From: Microcella sp.
GTDB taxonomy: Bacteria > Actinomycetota > Actinomycetes > Actinomycetales > Microbacteriaceae
Assembly: GCF_051860105.1 (NCBI RefSeq)
Contig: NZ_JBHYEO010000010.1
Span: 2,832 to 66,831 of the forward strand
Length of the DNA: 64,000 bases
Direction of reading: 5' to 3'
Position 1 is the stretch's first letter, and each line of letters opens with the position of its first letter. The translations under genes and the position numbers were made by a program. This document shows, piece by piece, positions 18,280 to 25,926 of this stretch. The notes below the pieces were generated by a model. The model made no database searches and was not told the origin of the DNA. It was given only the letters and a program-made list of their open reading frames with translations.

Positions 18280-18867
18280 TCAGCGACGGAAGTTCAAGGC
18301 GGTCATGCGCTGTTGTAGCTGCTTGAGCATGGCCAACCGGTCGGCACCCATAGCCCCCGCCCGCACCCGCCGCCCCTGATTTCGATACCAAATCGCCAGG
18401 CGCACCTCCGCCTTGTCATTGCTTCGACGACGAGGGCGGCGGCCGTGTTCACGCACGAAGAACTCGAACTGCTGCATCGAGTTCAGCCAGGCCTCCTCCG
18501 CCGGGCTCCACGACCACCCCGGAATCAAGTCCAGCCGTGCGCGCTGGTAGGCCGAGAGACGATAGAAGTTGCGTCGCTGATACCGAGCCCAAGCCACGAG
18601 GTGCTTCGCCGCGGGGAGGGGTTGCGTCGAGCGCAGCGTCGGCAGGCGGCCGTGGGTAGAAACATGCGCTTCAAGCTGCTGGCAGATAATCACCCACTGG
18701 CGATACCGCTTGGATGCCGATTCGGGATCGAGGGCCGCGAGATAGTGGTCGACTGCCTCGCTCGGTGCGAAGCGGCGCTGACGGGCTTCCTCTGACCACA
18801 GCTCGTGCAGTTGGTGAAGGCCTTCTGGGTTGGGGTGCACAGCACACCGGGTCCTTTCCGAGTGCAA
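18280..18867 (-). CDS. Helicase-associated (HA) domain repeat protein
   Basis: Two W-x(n)-EHGR/HGRLP units: QWVIICQQLEAHVSTHGRLP and WLNSMQQFEFFVREHGRRP. TTG start. Confidence 0.65.
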   Translation of the reverse strand: MHSERTRCAVHPNPEGLHQLHELWSEEARQRRFAPSEAVDHYLAALDPESASKRYRQWVIICQQLEAHVSTHGRLPTLRSTQPLPAAKHLVAWARYQRRNFYRLSAYQRARLDLIPGWSWSPAEEAWLNSMQQFEFFVREHGRRPRRRSNDKAEVRLAIWYRNQGRRVRAGAMGADRLAMLKQLQQRMTALNFRR

Positions 18868-19077
18868 GGTGCACCCGGCGTCCCTATGCGCGGCATCAGC
18901 CGATCGGCTCCAACTTGGCCATCGCCAAAGCCCGTTGTCGGCCTGATTCCTCAGTCACGGGACATCGCCCACTTGATGCGCGGCGCACAGCGTGAGGCAA
19001 GTTGCTCGACAAGGACGTCATGCCGCGCATAGGGAATCTCGACGGACGAAATTCGTCCCGATAGACAGGAGAACACC

Positions 19078-19689
19078 GTGAACGAGTCCAACAGCCAGCT
19101 CGCCCAGCGCGAAGCCCGCCGTCTGCTGTTCAAGGAATACGTGCTCGCCAGCGACGCCGCGCAGGCCTGCCCGCACCGAGAAACAGGGGACCTGTGTCCC
19201 TGCGGCGTCGCAGTCACCACGGCTGTCGAGAACTTCATGCAGCTCGTGCGAGCTTCGTTGTCCGCATCAGCGTCGCCTCCTGTGCAGTCGGAGGTGCCGG
19301 TCGTGAGCGTTGAGGCTCAAACCAAACCGGATGACCTCGCCGACCACGTCGATGCGAAGAAGATTGGCACTCGGCGCGAGCGGGTGCGGTTGTGGAACAG
19401 CGTCGCGAAGAACGAGGGCTTGAGCTTCACGACCAGTGCGGGCTTGCCCCATTCCGCCAGCTTCATGCGAGAAGAGATCGCGGCCGCTGGCGGAGTGGTT
19501 CACCTTTCGGACCAGTACTACTACAGCGGAGTTCTCACCGAGTCGAGCCGCCTCATGTTCGAAGCGTTCGACATCGTGCACGACGGTGACGCCCGTGACA
19601 TTGCCGACTTCTTCGTTCGGAACGCCGACAACGCCGAGACCCTCTGGAACGCGGCGCTCGAAGCGGCCGACAACCGCCACATCTACTGA
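19078..19689 (+). CDS. Hypothetical protein
   Basis: 203-aa ORF with a GTG start and protein-like composition. No motif recognised. Confidence 0.5.
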   Translation: MNESNSQLAQREARRLLFKEYVLASDAAQACPHRETGDLCPCGVAVTTAVENFMQLVRASLSASASPPVQSEVPVVSVEAQTKPDDLADHVDAKKIGTRRERVRLWNSVAKNEGLSFTTSAGLPHSASFMREEIAAAGGVVHLSDQYYYSGVLTESSRLMFEAFDIVHDGDARDIADFFVRNADNAETLWNAALEAADNRHIY

Positions 19690-19717
19690 CTATTTGCTTG
19701 GCCGGAGCGTCTAGACA

Positions 19718-20770
19718 CTAGACAGTCGGCGAGGTCACGTGCGCGTACACGTCGCCGACTTCACCAAAGTGGGAGGCGAATGCTTCCGTCCGGCCTCCGA
19801 GATAGATCAACACCGATGGGAACTGAGCCTCACCAGCCGAATCGCTGAACCGCAGTCGACCCCACAAGAAGCATCTTGGATAGGGCGCCAGAACGCGCAT
19901 CCACTGAGTGTTCGTCCGAGCAGGAAGCAACGCAATCGCTTCGGGGACATCTCCCGCTAGGTGATGGTCGTGAAGCTTCTGCACCCACTGCCGCGGCGAC
20001 CGATCAAATGGGGGGTTCAGGAACACTCGACCCCGCCACGCGTGCGCCAGCCCGTCGTCGCTGGCAGTGAAGTGGGTCTTCGCTGGCACCCAAGGAGCCT
20101 CGTGTGAGTTCGAGGCGGGGTCCAAGTCGATCGCGCCCAGGAACGACTCGATCCTATGAAGGAGATCTTTGGGTGTGTACCACTCCTGCGACCGAGAAGA
20201 CCGACGCATCCGGTAGTACTCCGCCGCGAGCACGCGGTCTTTACCGGCCGCGCGGATCAGCTCGGCAGCTGTTCGGATCGCCAGGATGCCAGCCTCGACG
20301 TCGTGAAGCATGTCTTCTGGACCGTGTTCCAGTAGGACGCGGCCGTCGCGAACGCTGCGCTCCGACACCCCCAACTTGTCGGCTGCTTGCCGTTGTGTGA
20401 CCTGATCAAGCGGCGCGTGTGCCGCTTGTGTCGCGCGTGCGCCGCCGTGTCCAAAGGTGGCCAGGCGGGCTGCGACCACGGCTCGTTGGCTTTCGGTGAG
20501 GTGGCGTCGGTGCAGATTGATGTCGACAACCCACGCCAACAGCTCGCTCTCTGAACGGGTCGTCGTGACGAACCGCGGTTGAACACCTGCGGCCTGGCAG
20601 GCGAGGAATCGGTTCCGGCCATCGACAATCGCGCCCGAAGTATCGAGGACGATCTGTTCGCGTAGCCCATGTGCGCGAATCGACTGGGTCAACTCACCAA
20701 GCGCATGCTGATCCATCAAGGGGAAGAAGTTGGCGAAGGCGTGCCACTGTCGCGCTGTCGACTCTTCCAC
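19718..20770 (-). CDS. ParB-like N-terminal domain fused to phage-type (Dam-like) N6-adenine DNA methyltransferase
   Basis: N-terminal IVLDTSGAIVDGRNRFLAC is a ParB/Srx-type motif. C-terminal WYTPKDLLHRIESFLGAIDLDPAS ... VFLNPPFDRS is typical of phage DNA N6-adenine methyltransferases. Confidence 0.8.
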   Translation of the reverse strand: MEESTARQWHAFANFFPLMDQHALGELTQSIRAHGLREQIVLDTSGAIVDGRNRFLACQAAGVQPRFVTTTRSESELLAWVVDINLHRRHLTESQRAVVAARLATFGHGGARATQAAHAPLDQVTQRQAADKLGVSERSVRDGRVLLEHGPEDMLHDVEAGILAIRTAAELIRAAGKDRVLAAEYYRMRRSSRSQEWYTPKDLLHRIESFLGAIDLDPASNSHEAPWVPAKTHFTASDDGLAHAWRGRVFLNPPFDRSPRQWVQKLHDHHLAGDVPEAIALLPARTNTQWMRVLAPYPRCFLWGRLRFSDSAGEAQFPSVLIYLGGRTEAFASHFGEVGDVYAHVTSPTV

Positions 20771-20921
20771 CTAGTCAGTCTTCCCGGCCGAAAGGTTGCC
20801 GCTACGAGAAGACCATGTCTTCTGCGGACCATTCGGCCATGGTCGCCCTAGTTGCTGCGAAAGACGTGACCGGTTGCTGGTCGTCTCCGGGACTTCGACA
20901 CGCTGGACGGCCACGTGCCAC

Positions 20922-21824
20922 CTACAAGAGCGCGGTCGCCGGCGCCGTCATCCCGCGCAGAGTGCCAAGCTCGGCACTGTAGACGAATAAGGGCATTTCG
21001 GTTGCGGTTGCGAAGGCGATGGCTTCGGCTGTGTAACCCGCGCTGGTGAAGAAGAGGGCGCGCATGCCGCGGGATGCGGCGACGCCGAACAGCTCTCGAA
21101 CCTCAACCACGCTGACCTTGCCCTTGTAGTGCTTCACCTGCGCAACGGCGGTTTCAGAAGTGGCGTCGATGCCTCCGTCTGCACGTTCGGGTGTTGCTTG
21201 AGCGTCAAGGAAGCCGAGGTGGCGCATCCATTCGACAACAAGGAGTTCCGCGCCGCGAGGCGACGCTCCGTACGGCAGCGGTTGCGGAGCCGGGGCCGGT
21301 CGGCTGCGAATGAGCGCTGCTCGGGCTGCTTCTGCAGCAGCTTGCTCGGCTGCTTGCTCAGCGAAATGGCGCTCGCGGCTGTCTTCGATCTGTTGCTCGA
21401 ACGGCGCGAGGAACTCTTCGATGCGCTGCTCATACTGGTCTCGGAGCTCTCCCCAATCGTCGTCCCCGATGTCGACAGGACTGCTCACGCGACTGTCGCG
21501 AGTGGTACCTACCCCTTCTTCGCTGGCCATTCGGTGCATTGTTGCGGCGAAGATATCGACCTCGGGTGAGTGGTGTCCGCTGAGCTCACGGGGCAATTCT
21601 GTTGTCGAATACCTATTGTGTTTGTGGCGGCGGTGGAACACGAGTTCCCGAGTCGTGAGGCAGTACTGGATGCGCCGCCACCGGTCGTTCAGTCTGTTCG
21701 ACGTCAGTCGATTTAGATCCTCAAACGTGGGCTGCGCGATCGCGCCGCTGCGGTACGCGTCGATGGCGATCGTTGACAAAGCGATGACCGCGTTGTCAAT
21801 CTCCTCAGAGGTGAGGAGCGTCAT
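20922..21824 (-). CDS. Mrr-type (PD-(D/E)xK) restriction endonuclease domain protein with uncharacterised N-terminal region
   Basis: The C-terminal ~110 aa (AELLVVEWMRHLGF ... GGIDATSETAVAQVKHY ... ALFFTSAGYTAEA) match the Mrr_cat layout. The N-terminal ~190 aa carry no recognisable motif. Confidence 0.75.
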   Translation of the reverse strand: MTLLTSEEIDNAVIALSTIAIDAYRSGAIAQPTFEDLNRLTSNRLNDRWRRIQYCLTTRELVFHRRHKHNRYSTTELPRELSGHHSPEVDIFAATMHRMASEEGVGTTRDSRVSSPVDIGDDDWGELRDQYEQRIEEFLAPFEQQIEDSRERHFAEQAAEQAAAEAARAALIRSRPAPAPQPLPYGASPRGAELLVVEWMRHLGFLDAQATPERADGGIDATSETAVAQVKHYKGKVSVVEVRELFGVAASRGMRALFFTSAGYTAEAIAFATATEMPLFVYSAELGTLRGMTAPATALL

Positions 21825-21917
21825 CCAGTCGCTCGGCTGGGGTGCTCGGGCAGACAGCAGCAGATCCTTCCGGCGTGGGCTTGAACCACCACGCTATCGT
21901 GCCAGCCGATCCCTGCC

Positions 21918-22051
21918 CGGTTACCCTGGCGCGACCCCTAGCCGGCGGTTGAGCTCGTGGCCTGACCGCACCCGCCGCACACAAGTAGCCAACCACTGCG
22001 AGGCGGCGACGATCTTCGCCAGGGACCGCTGACCTGGACTCAGGGTAACCG
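21918..22051. repeat. 11-bp perfect inverted repeat pair flanking 112 bp, immediately upstream of tnsA
   Basis: CGGTTACCCTG (21918-21928) and CAGGGTAACCG (22041-22051), read directly. Confidence 0.6.
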
Positions 22052-22116
22052 CCAAGCGGAGGTTGGAGCCTTCTCCGCAATCGCCGAGGTGACGGGGTCT
22101 TCGCCTTCGGTATCAC

Positions 22117-22935
22117 TTGATCTCAAGAATGGCCTCCGGACGAGGCGATGCCGCGCATAGACATTGCGTGAACGAAAACGTGAACCCCAACCCCACCGCA
22201 GTCGTCGCCTTGCGCGCACAGAAGTTCAGCGGTCGCGCATCCGTATCGTGGCTCGATGCCACGGGCCAACTCCAGCGCGCCAATGCCGACTCGGCCTTGC
22301 TGGATCGCGAGCTCTACTTGGCCGAACCGATGCGTCGCGGCAATCACTACCCGCGCCAGCGCAACTACCACGGCTGGTACTACTTCTCCCAGACCTCCAG
22401 CCACGTGTGGTGCGAATCCAAGTTCGAAGCCTCGCAACTGGCCGCCCTCGATCAGGGCACGGGTGTGCTGGCGATCTCAAGCCAACCGATGAAAGTGCAG
22501 TTCGATGACGGGACCGAGCACTACCCCGACTTCCTCGCCTTGCACGACTCGCACCGGCAGGTCTTGTACGACGTAAAGCCGACGAAGTACCTGACGGAGA
22601 AGTACCTCGACCAGTTCGCCCGGACGAAGGCCATGTGCGATCGAGTCGGCTGGGGATACCGCGTTCTCACCGACTTCGATCCCATCGACGAGATCAACTT
22701 GCAGTGGATTCGCCAGTTCAAGCACCCCGGCTTCCACCCCGACCGCGCCGCCGTGAGACGACTGCTGCCCTGTTTGCCCGGTTCGCTGGCTATCGCCGCA
22801 GCCGCCCTGCAACCCGGCAACATGCCTCACGGCCGCGCCGGCATCTTCCACCTGCTGTGGCTGCGCACCCTCCACACCGCACCCGGCATCCGCCTGTCCG
22901 ACTCATCCGTGATCGAGGTGTCCCATGATGCGTGA
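22117..22935 (+). CDS. tnsA: TnsA-like endonuclease (Tn7-type transposition protein A)
   Basis: 272-aa ORF. The restriction-enzyme-like triad context is WCESKFE ... HYPDFLAL ... LYDVKPTKYL. It overlaps the tnsB start. The true start may be downstream of 22117. Confidence 0.85.
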   Translation: MISRMASGRGDAAHRHCVNENVNPNPTAVVALRAQKFSGRASVSWLDATGQLQRANADSALLDRELYLAEPMRRGNHYPRQRNYHGWYYFSQTSSHVWCESKFEASQLAALDQGTGVLAISSQPMKVQFDDGTEHYPDFLALHDSHRQVLYDVKPTKYLTEKYLDQFARTKAMCDRVGWGYRVLTDFDPIDEINLQWIRQFKHPGFHPDRAAVRRLLPCLPGSLAIAAAALQPGNMPHGRAGIFHLLWLRTLHTAPGIRLSDSSVIEVSHDA

Positions 22936-24871
22936 AGTAGACCTGACCGAGCCGCTTCAACTCGACACCGGCGTGTACGACGCGGTGCAGCGCGCCGGCA
23001 ACTGGATTCGACTCCGGCCCCACCACCCGGGAGAGCCGGTCGACATGCCCGTGTGGGAGCTATCGCGGCGCCTCGTCGGTGCCCACAGCTACACCATCTC
23101 GCCGCGGTCGATCGAGGTAGTGCCAGACGCTGCCCGCGACCACGCCTTCAGTTGGGAGCAGCATCTGGTCGAGATCGAAACCGGTCTCGGCCGCAACGGC
23201 GAGATGCGACCGCAGTACGACCCGTCCGCCACAAGTCAAGAACAGCGCGTGGCCGAGAAGATCAAGGAGCTCGCCGTCCACCACGGCCGCTCCGTGTCGC
23301 GGGCAACGGTCATGCGAAAGCTCAAGGAGTATCGCACCTGCGGTGTGGTCGGCCTCATCGACGGTCGCGCCACGCGCGCCCACGGACCGGTGGACCGACT
23401 GGATGAACGAGTACACGAAGCGTTGTGTCAGGTCATGGCCGCTCAAGCTCAGAAGTCGTCCGGCACGAAGTCCCGCATCATCAACCAAACCAGGGCCATG
23501 CTGCTGCGCACCTACGGCGCCGACGCTCCCGAGATGCCGTCACGCGCGACGATGTACCGCTACGTCGAGATCCTTGACGCTGGCCGCCACACGACCGGCC
23601 GCGCCACCACCAGGCGTTCGCAGGCGAACCGCCCCAAGCGCACCTTTGCCGACGCCAGCATGCTTCTTCCCGGCGCGCAGATTCAGATCGACTCCACCAA
23701 GCTGGACGTGTTGATTCAGGGCGCTGACGGCCCGGAGCGACCCACGCTGACGATCATGCTCGATGTGGCGACGCGCAGCATTTTGGCGTGGACATTGCGG
23801 TTGACCGCCACGAAGGGTGTCGACCACGCAGTGCTGCTGGCGCAAGCGCTCACCCCGTTCGAGAACCGGCCGTCCCGCACCGAGCATCGTGCTGCCGTGC
23901 GCGCACGGTTCCCGCACTTGGCTCTGCTCGGCGAGCAGGAGCATGAGCGGGCACGCCGCTCAGCACCGCACGTGTTCCCCCGGGCGGTCACGATCGACAA
24001 CGGCAGGGACTACGTCAGCGGCACGTTCACATCCGCGTTGAAGAAGTTCGGCATCGATGTCACCCTCTCCGCCCCCCACACCCCCACCGATAAGCCGCAC
24101 GTCGAGCGCACTTTCAGCTCGATCAACACGCTGTTCGTGCAGTACCTGCCGGGCTACGTCGGTAAGAGCCCAGTCGACCGCGGCTACAAGGTCGAGAACG
24201 ACACACTGCTGGACCTGTGGTCGCTGTACGAACTGTTCGACGACTTCGTTGCGCACGTGTGGCAGAACCGTCCTCATGAGGGCCTGACGGATCGGTACGA
24301 GCCGACGATCAAGCGCTCGCCCAATCAGATGATTGCTGTGGCGGCCGGCATCACCACGACTCTGAGCCTTCCGCTGACGGAGCGCGACTACATCGAACTA
24401 CTCCCCATCGAGCATCGCGCGATCGGATCCACAGGGATCCAACTCGGAAAGCGCTTCTATGACTCCGACCTGCTGCACCCGCTGCGCGGTGCCAAGAGCA
24501 GCATCCCCTCTCGGGGTGGCCGCTGGGCGGTGCACTACGACCCGTACAACTGGCAGACCGTGTGGCTGGTCGCCACTGACGGCGAACTGATTCCTTGCAC
24601 GGAGCGCAACGCACACCTGGCAGTTCACCCCTACTCGACGGAGTTCGACGACTCCCGTTGGCTGTTCGACGAAGACCCCGACAGCGCGGAGCCGGCCAGC
24701 GACGAGTACGAGGAAACGGAGCGCACCAAGATCGCCCGAGAAGGTGCCGCACTCGCCGGCGTCCCGATCCACCAGCCGCCTCTGCCCTCACCCGCCCGTG
24801 CTCCGCACGAGTGGGCACCGCTTCCGACCGACCTCGACGGCTACGACGTCTTCGACCCAGCAAAGGACTGA
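22925..24871 (+). CDS. tnsB: TnsB-like DDE (rve/Mu-type) transposase
   Basis: 648-aa ORF. DDE context is IQIDSTKLDV, VTIDNGRDYVS and PHVERTFSS. The N-terminus has HTH-like regions. Confidence 0.9.
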   Translation: MMREVDLTEPLQLDTGVYDAVQRAGNWIRLRPHHPGEPVDMPVWELSRRLVGAHSYTISPRSIEVVPDAARDHAFSWEQHLVEIETGLGRNGEMRPQYDPSATSQEQRVAEKIKELAVHHGRSVSRATVMRKLKEYRTCGVVGLIDGRATRAHGPVDRLDERVHEALCQVMAAQAQKSSGTKSRIINQTRAMLLRTYGADAPEMPSRATMYRYVEILDAGRHTTGRATTRRSQANRPKRTFADASMLLPGAQIQIDSTKLDVLIQGADGPERPTLTIMLDVATRSILAWTLRLTATKGVDHAVLLAQALTPFENRPSRTEHRAAVRARFPHLALLGEQEHERARRSAPHVFPRAVTIDNGRDYVSGTFTSALKKFGIDVTLSAPHTPTDKPHVERTFSSINTLFVQYLPGYVGKSPVDRGYKVENDTLLDLWSLYELFDDFVAHVWQNRPHEGLTDRYEPTIKRSPNQMIAVAAGITTTLSLPLTERDYIELLPIEHRAIGSTGIQLGKRFYDSDLLHPLRGAKSSIPSRGGRWAVHYDPYNWQTVWLVATDGELIPCTERNAHLAVHPYSTEFDDSRWLFDEDPDSAEPASDEYEETERTKIAREGAALAGVPIHQPPLPSPARAPHEWAPLPTDLDGYDVFDPAKD

Positions 24872-24873
24872 CC

Positions 24874-25926
24874 ATGTTCTTCCACTCCATCGATCGACCC
24901 GCCACCCTGAACCAACGCGAAGGGCTCATGCAGTACCTCCAGAACCCGCCGAGGCGACCAGAACTGCTCAACCGGGAGCAGCTCGCGGCGCTCAGCGAGC
25001 CGGCTCGGGCTGAGTACAACCGGCAGCGCATCGTGCACCTCTCCGGAGGCATCCTCATCAACACGCCGTACCTGATGACGGCCAAGAAGATGCTGGTCCG
25101 GAGCTTCGCCGCCAACGTCGGCCGCAACTCCGGTCACACGGGCCTGATGATCTCCGGCAACTCCACTGTCGGCAAGACCACCACCACCAAGGCACTGATG
25201 CAGTACACGTTCCTGCAGTACTGCAAACAGTTCCCCGACTTCGAAGCCCACAACCGCATCCCGATCGTCTACATCGAAGTGCCTGCAGCCTCCACCGCGA
25301 AGCTGCTCATGCGCACCTTCGCCGACTTCTTCGGTCTCAGCGTGCGCAATAGCGAGTCGATGGACAGCATCCGAAAACGCGTGATCGACACCCTGCACGA
25401 CGCCGGCACGCAGCTGATCGTGGTCGATGAACTGCACAACCTCGCCCACCGCAATGTCGGCAACGGCGACTCGGTCGATGTGCTGAAGAGCCTGCACAAC
25501 GACGTCGCCGCAACCTTCGTCTACGCCGGCATCGACCTGCTCAGCGGCAACCTCCTTGCCGGCACCCGCGGACAACAGATCGCCAGCCGGTTCGAGGCCC
25601 TCCAGATGCTCCCGTACCTGCCCCACGACACAGAGAGAGGCGACTGGGTCAAGCTCCTCGCCTCGTACGAGCGAGAGCTGCTTCTCACCGAGCACCCGTC
25701 TGGTTCCATTCCGGAGATGCGCGGCTACCTGTACGAGCGCACCAGCGGATCAGTCGGCAGCCTCAGCCGACTGCTCAGTAGCGCCGCGATCGAAGCCATC
25801 ACGAACCGGGAGCTGCCCGAGGTGATCACCCAAGCGCTTCTGGAAACCATCCGCGTGGACCACACAGCAGAGGCCCGCCGCCGTGCGACCGAAAAGCTTC
25901 TCGAACCAGACATCGACTTCAGCTGA
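24874..25926 (+). CDS. tnsC: TnsC/TniB-like AAA+ ATPase
   Basis: Walker A is ISGNSTVGKTTTTKAL and Walker B is LIVVDELHNL. Start taken at ATG 24874, 2 nt after the tnsB stop. The track ORF start at 24595 overlaps tnsB. Confidence 0.88.
   Translation: MFFHSIDRPATLNQREGLMQYLQNPPRRPELLNREQLAALSEPARAEYNRQRIVHLSGGILINTPYLMTAKKMLVRSFAANVGRNSGHTGLMISGNSTVGKTTTTKALMQYTFLQYCKQFPDFEAHNRIPIVYIEVPAASTAKLLMRTFADFFGLSVRNSESMDSIRKRVIDTLHDAGTQLIVVDELHNLAHRNVGNGDSVDVLKSLHNDVAATFVYAGIDLLSGNLLAGTRGQQIASRFEALQMLPYLPHDTERGDWVKLLASYERELLLTEHPSGSIPEMRGYLYERTSGSVGSLSRLLSSAAIEAITNRELPEVITQALLETIRVDHTAEARRRATEKLLEPDIDFS

Noticed and set aside
17981-18391. N-terminal 137-aa extension of ORF 17318..18391.
   Set aside because: The extension is Gly/Ala/Arg-rich, overlaps the HA-domain gene (18280..18867) and precedes the recognisable HAD motif. 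ATG 17980 was chosen instead, though the true start remains uncertain.
21866-21900. tRNA-like T-arm (GGTTCAAGCCC) on the minus strand upstream of the Mrr-like gene, a possible att remnant.
   Set aside because: Only a 4-bp stem forms. No matching acceptor 5' strand or anticodon arm could be built. It is not a tRNA gene and too weak to call a tRNA fragment.
21841-22250. Searched for the canonical Tn7 right end (terminal 5'-TGT plus direct TnsB-site repeats) upstream of and into tnsA.
   Set aside because: No TGT trinucleotide occurs in this stretch. Only a duplicated CGTGAAC (22166, 22179) and the 11-bp inverted repeat were seen. No end was called.
24595-24873. Upstream extension of the TnsC ORF (track start 24595).
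   Set aside because: It overlaps the 3' end of tnsB in another frame and is Arg/Pro-rich. ATG 24874, directly after the tnsB stop, gives a normal TniB N-terminus.
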